Below are positions 25,985 to 36,166 of a stretch of DNA of 64,000 nucleotides, in pieces. The DNA is from Marsupella aquatica. Taxonomy: Eukaryota; Plantae; Marchantiophyta. The DNA is taken from contig OZ316893.1 of NCBI GenBank assembly GCA_973895155.1, positions 28,282,210 through 28,346,209 on the forward strand. Direction: 5' to 3'. The notes below the pieces were generated by a model that searched no databases, was not told the DNA's origin, and saw only the letters and a list, made by a program, of their open reading frames with translations. Within the stretch, counting starts at the first letter, position 1. Each line of letters starts with the position of its first letter. Both the position numbers and the translations under genes were made by a program.

Positions 25985-27677
25985 TGATTTCTGTTCAGCC
26001 TGCTACTGTAAGGAGGTTGAATGGGCAACCTTCTAGTAGGGGTTAGGGGTGAAGGTTTGTTTGGGAACAAACAGGCACAACAGGGTAGTATGGTTGCCTA
26101 ATCTATCTTGTTGTGGGCATTGTATTGCACCTCGTGCTAACCCTTGGTACACTCTTAATCTTAATAGGTGTTCATCAGTAAAGGAACAAGGCCAAGTATT
26201 CTGATAAACCCACACAACACTATTTAAAGAAAAAGAACAAGGCTGGGTATTTTGAGAAAACCACACACTCTTGACTCTGTTTACATGATAAGCGGCCATT
26301 GTCAATAAGAGATACAAAAGTGGAGGTCATGTAATGCAGTATTATGGTTCATATTAGGAAATTGGGCCATATATGTGTACAATTTAGGGTAATCTAATAA
26401 TCGAGTAATGTACAACTAAGGTTAATGTTAGGAATACGTCCGAACCTCGGGGTAATCCAATCACGAAGCAATGTACTAGACAGGTTAATCTTAGGATATT
26501 GTGCCATACACACGGATACGAAAGTTGGGGTAATCTTATCCATCAATAAATATACATTAATTAATGTTCAAGATTTGTGCCATACACATGGATACAAAAT
26601 CTGGGGTAATCCTACACAAGGATACGAAACGCAAGCCGGGGTAATCTTATAATTAATAAAGTACTAGTAAGGTTAACGTTCGGAAATTGGCCACACCCAT
26701 GGATACAAAAGCTGGGGTAATCCTACGCATAGATACAAAGCAAATGCCGGGGTATCCTACGCATAGATACGAAGCAAATGTCGGGGTAATCCAATAATTA
26801 ATTAAAGTATGAATGAATGTATTAAGAAATGTACTAAGCTGGGCTGTAAAAATGTGGGGTTTTACATACATGGACACAAAGACTATAAACGTGCGCGACG
26901 ACATGATGTAATCATGCAGGTTAGGTAAAGTAGGAATGTAACAAACAGTCTTCGGCCACAAATGAGTTTTTGGCCACAAATGAGGTGTCGTACAGCACAT
27001 TTGTTATGTTGTACAATCATCTATTTGAGTAGTGTTTTTTTATCTAAATGCCAATGTCCAATGCAAGGGAAAATTGGCAGGTCATGTGGGACCGGGAAAA
27101 AATAAATTTTGATTTATGTGAAGTGTGCCTCACATGTCGCTTCTAGGTTCCAAAAATCTAGGGTTGACGGTAAAAATAAACAACTACACCAGAATGGGGT
27201 AGGGGGAGTTTAGGGTCCATTTATATTGAATGTAATGAGAGAATTGTTTACTAGAATAAATGGTACCCCATATTTTAATAATGTGTCTATTGGTCAATAC
27301 CCAGGAAAGAAAATACAGTCCTATCTTCTTTGCACTTCAACCGACGCAGTGTAATGCTTGCCTTTCTGGGGAACAAGGTAGCCAAAATAAATTCACTGAA
27401 GAGAATAGATACGTTCAAAACTCCCGACTTTAATTTACAAATACTACAAAAAAATATTTGACTCTTACCTTACCTGAAGTTTTCCTATTGTCTAAAATCT
27501 TAAAGTTTCCCTTTCTTGAAGCTCAAATTGTTTTTCCTTCCCTGCCCTCCCCTCAGGTTTAATTTTTTCCCTAGCGCCTGAAGTTGAAGTTTTTTTCCTT
27601 CCCTCCTGGAGGTGAAGTTTTTTTTTCTTCCTGGAAAAAGCTGAATTTTTTTGGCTTGCTTTGGTTTTTGCTATTTT
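25985..27677 (+). repeat. Module C, copy 1
   Basis: Collinear with about 61600-63280 (TGATTTCTGTTCAG.CTGCTACT.TAAGGAGGTTGAATGGGCAACC onward). Contains short GGGGTAATC repeats. Confidence 0.92.
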
Positions 27678-29100
27678 TCTTCTCTCCCACTTTCACATGA
27701 TGTAGGTTTACATCATGTGTGAAAAAAACTAGGATACAACGTATGGATTTGATAAAAAAAAATCACCCCTGGTTTAGGGAACTAAAACAGAGCAGGTAAA
27801 TTTAGGCATGTACTTTGGCCAGTATTTGTCCATGCAATACCCAAAATGTTGGTCTCGTGAGGTTTAGGGTCTTTTCAGTACGTTCGGAGTCCTTCTGCCG
27901 GCGCGGGGCGCCTTCATGGGGTTCCCTGCCCGCTTTGTTGCTTGCTATGAGTAATAAAAGTACCCTCATTAATAAGAGTACCCTCGTGCACAAGGCCCAA
28001 CACAAGGGTACCCTTACGAGATAAGAATACCCTCACTAATAAGGGTACCCTCATTATCAAAGTACCATTGTTGATAAGCGTACCCATTGATAAGAGTACT
28101 CTTGTTGATATAAGAGTACCCTCATTGATAAGAGTACCCTCATACGCAAGGGTACCCTCAGGAAATAAGAGTATCCTCCTTGATAAGGGTACCCTCGTTG
28201 ATCAAAGTACCATTATTGATAAGCGTACCCATTGATAAGAGTACTCTTGCTGATATAAGAGTACCCTCATTGATAAGAGTACCCTCATACGCAAGGGTAC
28301 CCTCAGGAAATAAGAGTATCCTCCTTGATAAGGGTACCCTCGTTGATCAAAGTACCATTATTGATAAGCGTACCCATTGATAAGAGTACTCTTGCTGATA
28401 TAAGAGTACCCTCATTGATAAGAGTACCCTCATACGCAAGGGTACCCTCAGGAAATAAGAGTATCCTCATTGATAAGGGTACCCTCGTTGATCAAAGTAC
28501 CATTATTGATAAGCGTACCCATTGATAAGAGTACCCTCGCTGATAAGAGTATCCTCACTGATAAGAGTACCCTCAAGCACAAGGGTAGCCTCAGGAGATA
28601 AGAGTACCCCCATTCACACGGGGAGCAATGAAAATAGGGATAATTGTAACCACGTCCAAAAGGTGACATCTTTGATAGCCATTCGAAAACACTGTCCTTC
28701 AAAACCTTGAGGACTTTAGTTTAAGAACTTTTCTAACTAAAAGTTCAACTTGAATGTTTTCATAACAAAGAATCCAATAAAGTGTAAACTTCAATTTTAT
28801 GATGTCAATTTTTTTAGATCTTCCCACAATGTAGCAAACAAATCCACTGAATTTTTTTTCTTTTAATTCCAATTCAGTAAAAATTACAATTCCGGTCAAA
28901 TAGTACACGAACCATTTTAGATCTGAGTACCGAAATGCCGTAAGTTGTAATTTTTATCATTAGATTTATGAATAATTCAACATGTAGGTGGGAAGAAAGG
29001 GGGAATTTTGATGTTAAGGTACTCACCTTCATAAATCTACTATTGATTTGTCCCAAGGAGTGTACAGTTTTTTCCTTGGTCTCGCCTCAATATTTGTACA
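27678..29100 (+). repeat. Module D, copy 1 (palindrome + 18-bp satellite + TET 5' fragment)
   Basis: Direct repeat of 36167-37316 and of 63280-64000. Confidence 0.92.
27950..28612 (+). repeat. 18-bp minisatellite GATAAGAGTACCCTCATT with a 145-bp higher-order period
   Basis: Monomer read directly. Near-identical translated blocks start at 28180 and 28325 (145 bp apart). Confidence 0.92.
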
Positions 29101-29152
29101 ATGTTGGCATGAATGACACTGCACAGAACACTAAAAGGATTTAGTGTCTTGA
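28630..29152 (-). pseudogene. Truncated, degenerate 5' fragment of the TET/JBP-like gene
   Basis: KKIDIIKLKFTLYWILCYENI..LVRKVLKLKSSRF matches KKLDTIKLKFALHWILCHDNILELFVKKVLKLESSRF of the 56591-57955 ORF. The upstream intron and exon are also alignable to 57980-58260. Confidence 0.85.
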
Positions 29153-29976
29153 GGATGACCAAAAACAATGACAAGAAACCTGAAACTGAAACTCATTTCT
29201 CCAAGTGCATATAGAGCTTCATATCATTGGCAACAATAGTGCTTGAAGCCAACTTACTTTTGAATGAACTGTAAGGCAATATCTTGTGAAAGAGGGCGGA
29301 TAGCTTCCCAACTACTAAAGGAAGTAGATTTTGCACTCACAAAGTCATCCCAATGTCAACCAGATCCCCTTGTGCAATCTGAGAAACGTGGAGTATTCAA
29401 TAAAAAGTTCAAAGCAAAATTAGGGTTTATGTAATAAAACCATCATAAACTCAATATAATGAAATGTAACCATGTCCTTTGTGATCAATTCTGCAAACCC
29501 TTCTGTTTTTTAAATATCTACTAATTAAAAGGAAAGGATAATACACCAGAATTTACTTCAAAACTGTCAATCCTGTTCTCCTAACAATAAGAATGATAGG
29601 GAGGGAAAATGTCAACCTGGCCATACGCCCAAGTCAGGGTGTGAACTAAGCTTAATTTTCAGGATCCTGGAATTGTGGCCGGAGAGAGGCAGCTTGCTTC
29701 AGGCTTCTTCCTCATCAGCATAGCCAACACCACTAGGAGACCAACCTAGAGCAAGTACAGGTCGAGCTCCCTCTTTGTTTGTGTAGTTCAATGTTCTGAC
29801 CATTTTCAATGTACTGTGTTCCCTTGGGTTTGGATGATCTTCCCTTGGCAGAAATGAGTCACACTCCACAGTTACTCCATGCATAATGATTATTCACTTG
29901 CCCCTGGGGTTGGATGATCTTTGTGTGGGATAAATGCCCGGTTTGAGTTAACGGGCAAGTTTACATGTTGCCCTAC

Positions 29977-30050
29977 GGGGTGTGGTTGGGACCGGGTGGG
30001 GTTGGGATAGGGTTGGGATGAGGTTGGGACGGTGTCAGGATAGGGGCGGG
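29977..30050 (+). other. G-quadruplex-capable G-run cluster
   Basis: GGGGTGTGGTTGGGACCGGGTGGGGTTGGGATAGGGTTGGGATGAGGTTGGG...GGGGCGGG, many G3+ runs with short loops. Confidence 0.65.
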
Positions 30051-31028
30051 ATGACCAGATGTGACGGATGACAAATCAAGGCCAAACCAGGCATAAATGA
30101 ATCACACTTCAGAGTTACTCAAGGCAAAATGATTATTCTTCTGCCGCCGATCTGAATTGACTACTTGTAGCCTGGTGGATACTCAATAACTTGGCGAGAG
30201 GTTGTACCATAAAGATTGTTCTGGTTAGGAATCAAATAATAGTTGAGTGTTCATTAAGTGTTTATAATACCTTGAAAGGGTTTAACAGTTTAATGATTAC
30301 TTTACTACCAGTGAAAACATTTAGGGGGTCCTACACACATAAATAATATATCCTGAAGTAGAATTATTTATTTCATTGCAACTAGGCATTAGATGTAGTA
30401 TGTATACACAAGGCTCTATCATTCTAAGTTTAATTTTTTAGGGTATGTACGTGGTATGTATAAGTTCTCAGTGTCCTAGTAATAGCACATCAAAATATAA
30501 GAACATAGACTGTACAATGAATAATAGTATGTGATTTATTATCGTATGGAATGACAATATACACCGTATAGTGTCACTAATTACCATGGCATAAGTTCTT
30601 GGGCTTTATTAATTAGTTTGGTGGCTTTAGAGGCATTGGAGTAATTATTAGCCCCAAGGGCATCGAGAGAGTGCATGGTACAAGTTCACTTCCCAAGATA
30701 GTGAAAATATGATCCAACTGACCAGGTTTTGGAGAAGAGTCGGATTGAATTCGTTTAATTTGTGTCTGTGCTCACAAAGTACGTTGAATGTGTGAACATG
30801 CTCAACCAACTTCTATGTCAGTGAAGCTTTGGGTTAGATTGCACATTCATGGTGCAGATCAAGCTTGGGACATAGGTAATGGAAAATGAAAAATACTAGG
30901 ATAGTTGGCCAATTGAGATTGGCTTCAGAGTCCATTGTGGAGCTCCACGGGAAAATCTGATGTGAAGAGCTCTATATAATTTCAGAGCAAAATATGGCAT
31001 CAGCTAATTTTGTTGTTTTTCATGCAGG

Positions 31029-34000
31029 ATGGTGACAGTATTTGGATGTAGTCAGTGTGGGGAAGAATTTCAGTCAGCAAACTCTCGCAGTTCCCATTCC
31101 CGCTCAGTTCACCGTTCTACTTACCAATTGCAGCTCAACAATGGCACAACCCAGATCATTGAGAAAGAAGAGGATGGTCGATTCCATTGCCCTGTGGCCA
31201 CATGTTCCTCGTCCTATCCCCGTAGTGATAGTTTACGTCTTCACTACAAAAGGAAACACAATGAAGCAGTAGGAGTTGACCCGTTCATGGATGTAGACGA
31301 TCCAATTGTCAACCAAGTCCCCACCACTATCCTAGATCATGACCTGTTAGCAACACCAGACATGTTGAGAAATGCAAAGCTTTGCATTGTTCACCACAAC
31401 AACCTTGTTCTTCTAGTATGCTTGCAATGCCATACAGCCCTTCAGCACACGGAAGGAAGTAGCATTATCCGTCATGTTGGAAGTCATCGAAGGAACATGG
31501 ACAGGGTGAGAGTTGCAACACAAAATTCAATCACGAATCCAACACCAGAGCAATTGTCGGTTTTGTTGCAGGGTGTGTTGTTCACACGTACAAATGATGC
31601 GTCCCTACTACCATACACAATCAATCCAACTGCAGAATTGTTGTCTCCAGTTTCGGGCGTCCTCATTCATTGGGGCTTCTCTTGCTCGAGATGTATCTTC
31701 TTTTGTAGATCACAGCGGACGATGGCAAATCACCGATGTATGAAACACAACCACCTTGGTTTCAAGGACATTGCTACTCCATGTCAAGTGCAAGCCCTCT
31801 TCAAGGGAGTCGGCCGCAAATTCTATGGAGTGGACCATGGCAATGTGTACCTTGCGGATGATGCAGTAGCTCAGAGTACGAGAGGTGCAGTCGCAAAAGT
31901 TTTTCAAGCTCATCTACAGTCATTAAAGACAGATCTTGCACCTCCAGTGAGGGAATTGTCGCCGTGGCTAAGGGTATCAAGATGGCATGAGATTGCATCC
32001 CAGTTCATGCCGGAAGGTGTGCCATTTGTTGAAGTGCAATCTGAGATGGAACCCCCAAGGCCCGCCGACCCTGGGTCTTCACTATCGTACTTGGGCACTG
32101 TGGTCCGTGCGTACATGACATGCACAAGAAATATTCTTAGTGGAAATTTAGATTATAGGGTGCAAAGAATGGTGATGAAGCCGACTCCAAATGCCGATGT
32201 CACAAGGGGATTGGGTGGACTACAAGAGAAAAACACTGTTCCACAATACTGTGCTGGAATGGTTTCCCTTCTTCTTTGCCTCGTTCGTTCTTGTACTTAT
32301 GATTCTCGGCCTCAACATTGTGTTATATACACAGATAGGCCGGATCTAAAAGGTGCCCTACAACAATTATTGGCACAATTAGGCCAACCAAGTGAGGCGC
32401 GGCCTGCAGAAGAAGGTGATATTGATCTCACAAATATCCATCGAGTACTACTTCTTCTCTGGACTCCAAAAATTCCGGAGCTGTTGTATGCTCGTTCACC
32501 GGCGGATTGTTTGCTCACTCGGTTCTTTATCCTCCACTCTCTAAAGAGTGACGGGCTGGGTTCCCAATCCACAGGGTATGCATTTTGCAAAATTGGGAAA
32601 ATCACCAAAATATTGGCAATACTTCACTACTGGGCAAGATGTACAATCCTGATGGAACTCTCACAAGCTCTTTGGCATCCAAACCCACGTGGCCTACCTG
32701 GGAATGAAGTAAACATCCTGGAGAAATACGTGAGCGATGTGGCATTGGACACGCCGATTACTCAAGTTCGGCAGTACATGCGACTGGCAAAAACAATTAA
32801 TCGAGGCACCCATGCTCGACCAAATCTCATACACATGGACGATACACAAACAGCATGCTCAATTGACGGTGATATTATCACATTGAATGCGTTTAGGGAT
32901 ATGATCCGTGCCATTGTTGAAGAAGCGACAACAACACTCAACCATGATGTTCTTCTCGGTCTCAAATCTGAATGGATACTCAATTTGGTGAGTACCAAGG
33001 GCTGCATTCATGATGCTGTCCAGACAGACGAAGTGCATTATTCTTTTCTCATAGACGCCCGAAATCCAGAGTTCCAACAACATGGAAAGGATCTATTGAA
33101 CCACATGTTCAGTAATACTATGATGATGGCACATTTCATCCTACGAGTGGACAATGTAAATGGAGTTATTTGGAACATGCCTGCACTCCACAGGTGGATG
33201 GTTGCATGTTCCAAGCTACAGAGGCTATTGAACCTACTTCTGCATTTCTGTTCTGGATTACCTGCAAGAGGGGAAGAATACTCGAGCCTATTGATTCGCA
33301 ACACTGCCACTGGGGATAGAGCATTCATTTGGTTATCTGATACGCTGATGGTTTATCAATCCTACCACAAATGTGCAAATGCTGGGAAACCTATAAACCT
33401 CACTGCTCGGTTCATTCCTGACAATCAAAGCCACCTATTTGTGAAATTGTTATGTCTAGTTCGCCCAGTACAATCTTTCGTGGCAAATATTTTGTGGGGT
33501 CCGGAAGTTGCAGCAATGTACCTGGATTGTTGGTTTGTGGCCATGGACAAGAGGCTGACGGGAGCAGACCTTTCTGCCAGTGTATTAGATGCTTTCCAAA
33601 AGCACTGTGGCATTCCATTTGGGATTGCAAAGTACCGGCATGTGGCAGCACATTGGAGTGAGAATATACGAGCTTGTAAGGCCCATTTACAAGAAGACCT
33701 TGTGGATGTAGCAGGTGGTCATGAAACAGCTACGGTCGGCCATCACTATGCTCGTAGTACAAAGGATCCTAGAGGCATGGATGGACATATTTTAAGAGGG
33801 TGTGTATTGGTGTCACGATTGTGGCACAAGTTGGTTGGCCTCGGTGGGTCACAGAGGCCCGAGGTAATGTCGACTGCACCTTTTGACTTTTTGGGACCTG
33901 TTGGAGGTGTTGAATATGAGGTGAGGCAAATTCCCAAAAGGAGGCGGTTTACAGTTTTCCACTCAAACATCCATCAGACATTATTGGCAAGTGGAGAAAG

Positions 34001-35987
34001 TGATCCCCTGCTACAAGTTTGTCTCAATAGGACTGCTGGAGCTTGTCAAGCCTTAAGAAGGCTTGGTCATCAACAGTGGAAATCGTCGGAACAAGCAACA
34101 GCAGTTGCTCTATCCATAGATAATGTGGTGGACTTTGTTGCCATACTACCCACTGGGTCTGGAAAATCATTGGTGTTCATGGCACCTTCCACCATGGGAC
34201 AGAATAGGACGGTGATTGTGATCATTCCACTCACTATCCTAGTAGAGGGCCACGTAGAGGAATGCAAACAAGCAAATATTAGTTGTGTTGTGTATAAGGA
34301 TGGTGCAGTCGAAGTGGCAAGACCTCCTTCGATCATTTTTGTGGCTGTGGAGATTGCTGCAGAATCCAAACTATTCATTATCTTGGCAAAGCAGTTGAAA
34401 TGCAGTGGTTCCTTGCATTCCATTGTCTACGACGAGGTGCACCTCCTGTTATCTGACTTTCGACCGTCAATGAAAAAGTTGGTTGGCCTCATGGAAATTA
34501 ATTGCCAAATCATAGGGTTAACTGCATCCCTAGCACCCAAGAATCAAGTTGATATTGAGCGGATGTTAGCTACAGAGATGGTGTGGATTCGTTGTCCTAC
34601 TGTGAGACCCAACATCAGGTATGCCGTTGTTGAGGTTGGCCATAACATAATGGATCAAGAAATAGTGAGTCTTCTGCGTGATTGGAGAGCATATTCTTTG
34701 CCAGAAGAGAGGGCCCTAGTATTTTGTCTAACCCGCGAGGAGGTGGAATCAACTACAAGAATCCTCCAAGGGAAAGAAATGTCATGTGTGTATGTGCATG
34801 CGCATCTGGACATAGCGGTGAAGAGGGCTTCATTGAGTTCTTGGACGTCAGGTGCTTGTAAGATCATGGTGGCCACCGGAGTGATTAGTAGTGGATACAA
34901 TTATAAATGGGTTAAGCTTGTCATTCATCGTGGTAGTTTCAGGTCTCTGGAACACTTCCACCAAGAATCTGGACGAGGTGGACGTGATGGGCTCCCGGCG
35001 ATGAGTTATGTGGTGACCAACCTTGCTTATCGCAAGATGGCCGAACGCATTGATTCAACCACAGCAGCTTCACACAAATGGATAGAGAACAAGACATCAT
35101 GTCGTCGGTTTGGGCTCCATGACCAGGTCGATGGAAAACCTCAAGTATGTCATCTTATTCCATTCTCTAGTTTGTGTGACTTGTGTTCCCAAGCATCTGT
35201 GATGTGCAGCCCAGGTATGGACATAGTCGACTTTGAGGTGTTCACACAAGACATTCCTTGTAGAACAGCCTCAATTCCACCACATGAGGTAGCATCATCT
35301 TCAATGGGAATTCCAGGAAGAGGGGGTTCGGATGAGTCAACATATGAAACTCCTACGCAACCCCCAGCCACTCCCATGCCAAGACGACAAGGAAACACCT
35401 TGCCGATGACCCCAATTATACAAGGGGTACATGAAGCAGAGCCTGTGGTTGCAAGGCTAAGGGCTATGGCACACAACCGATCTTTTGAGAGTGACAAAAG
35501 GGATCTTCGTATCATCAGAACTTTTGCGGGTGATGGAAGTCAATGCTTAATTTGTCAGTGTCCTGAATCAAGGGAGCAAGAAGTACACAATGCTGTCAAC
35601 TGTCCTATATTGCGGTCATTGTGTTTTAGATGTCTAGGATCTCACCAGGCCCGGACCTGCAAGAACACATTCCCTCAAAATGCATGGACTTGTTTTAAGT
35701 GTCACTTTCAACATACTGTAGTTGTCACTAGAATGTGTATTCATAAAGGACCATATGGTGATCAGTGCAATGATAGAACAGGCGAGCGTCTTCGACATTT
35801 TGTGTGGCAAGGCTGGAGGGTTTCTCGGATACAAACAGAATTGTTCAAGGAATTTCCAGAAATTCGAGAGAAAAGTGATGAAGAACTTGCTACTTGGTTC
35901 ATGCAGATAGGTAAAGGGAAAGTAGTGAATAACTTTGTTTTGTTTGCTGCTGCTATTGTGAAAACAAAATATCCTGAGTACTGGTGA
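31029..35987 (+). CDS. 1652-aa C2H2 Zn finger / DUF3505-like / tyrosine-recombinase-like / RecQ helicase / Zn-knuckle protein (telomere-linked-helicase-like)
   Basis: Single open exon with an acceptor (TGCAG) just before the ATG. Two N-terminal C2H2 fingers; CLQC..H, CSRC..H, LSPWLRVSRWH. YR-like motifs GLPARGEE, YRH, GGHETATVGHHY. RecQ motifs LPTGSGKS, DEVH, TAS, RPNIRY, VAT, HQESGRGGRDG, CRR...C...CDLC. C-terminal CxxC..H..C knuckles. Confidence 0.88.
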   Translation: MVTVFGCSQCGEEFQSANSRSSHSRSVHRSTYQLQLNNGTTQIIEKEEDGRFHCPVATCSSSYPRSDSLRLHYKRKHNEAVGVDPFMDVDDPIVNQVPTTILDHDLLATPDMLRNAKLCIVHHNNLVLLVCLQCHTALQHTEGSSIIRHVGSHRRNMDRVRVATQNSITNPTPEQLSVLLQGVLFTRTNDASLLPYTINPTAELLSPVSGVLIHWGFSCSRCIFFCRSQRTMANHRCMKHNHLGFKDIATPCQVQALFKGVGRKFYGVDHGNVYLADDAVAQSTRGAVAKVFQAHLQSLKTDLAPPVRELSPWLRVSRWHEIASQFMPEGVPFVEVQSEMEPPRPADPGSSLSYLGTVVRAYMTCTRNILSGNLDYRVQRMVMKPTPNADVTRGLGGLQEKNTVPQYCAGMVSLLLCLVRSCTYDSRPQHCVIYTDRPDLKGALQQLLAQLGQPSEARPAEEGDIDLTNIHRVLLLLWTPKIPELLYARSPADCLLTRFFILHSLKSDGLGSQSTGYAFCKIGKITKILAILHYWARCTILMELSQALWHPNPRGLPGNEVNILEKYVSDVALDTPITQVRQYMRLAKTINRGTHARPNLIHMDDTQTACSIDGDIITLNAFRDMIRAIVEEATTTLNHDVLLGLKSEWILNLVSTKGCIHDAVQTDEVHYSFLIDARNPEFQQHGKDLLNHMFSNTMMMAHFILRVDNVNGVIWNMPALHRWMVACSKLQRLLNLLLHFCSGLPARGEEYSSLLIRNTATGDRAFIWLSDTLMVYQSYHKCANAGKPINLTARFIPDNQSHLFVKLLCLVRPVQSFVANILWGPEVAAMYLDCWFVAMDKRLTGADLSASVLDAFQKHCGIPFGIAKYRHVAAHWSENIRACKAHLQEDLVDVAGGHETATVGHHYARSTKDPRGMDGHILRGCVLVSRLWHKLVGLGGSQRPEVMSTAPFDFLGPVGGVEYEVRQIPKRRRFTVFHSNIHQTLLASGESDPLLQVCLNRTAGACQALRRLGHQQWKSSEQATAVALSIDNVVDFVAILPTGSGKSLVFMAPSTMGQNRTVIVIIPLTILVEGHVEECKQANISCVVYKDGAVEVARPPSIIFVAVEIAAESKLFIILAKQLKCSGSLHSIVYDEVHLLLSDFRPSMKKLVGLMEINCQIIGLTASLAPKNQVDIERMLATEMVWIRCPTVRPNIRYAVVEVGHNIMDQEIVSLLRDWRAYSLPEERALVFCLTREEVESTTRILQGKEMSCVYVHAHLDIAVKRASLSSWTSGACKIMVATGVISSGYNYKWVKLVIHRGSFRSLEHFHQESGRGGRDGLPAMSYVVTNLAYRKMAERIDSTTAASHKWIENKTSCRRFGLHDQVDGKPQVCHLIPFSSLCDLCSQASVMCSPGMDIVDFEVFTQDIPCRTASIPPHEVASSSMGIPGRGGSDESTYETPTQPPATPMPRRQGNTLPMTPIIQGVHEAEPVVARLRAMAHNRSFESDKRDLRIIRTFAGDGSQCLICQCPESREQEVHNAVNCPILRSLCFRCLGSHQARTCKNTFPQNAWTCFKCHFQHTVVVTRMCIHKGPYGDQCNDRTGERLRHFVWQGWRVSRIQTELFKEFPEIREKSDEELATWFMQIGKGKVVNNFVLFAAAIVKTKYPEYW

Positions 35988-36166
35988 GGAAGTAGTAAGG
36001 AAGCACTGTAAGTAATTAATATCAAGTGTAATGAAATTGTTAATTATTTCATCAATTGCTTCAATTTTTGTCTACATACTATATGGAGGAATTGGAGCTT
36101 ACCATATATACTGATGATTAGTGAATATTGTACTATAGTTAAATGAAGATTGTATCAAATCATAAG

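Noticed and set aside
27950-28710. ORFs of IRVPSL repeats, and similar short ORFs in modules A, B and D
   Set aside because: By-products of stop-poor satellite monomers; the 145-bp period breaks the frame.
31029-35987. Host RecQ gene, AcademH transposase-helicase or Helitron RepHel
   Set aside because: Intronless with no HRDC domain, no recognisable DDE or HUH motifs, and the helicase is SF2 RecQ rather than PIF1.
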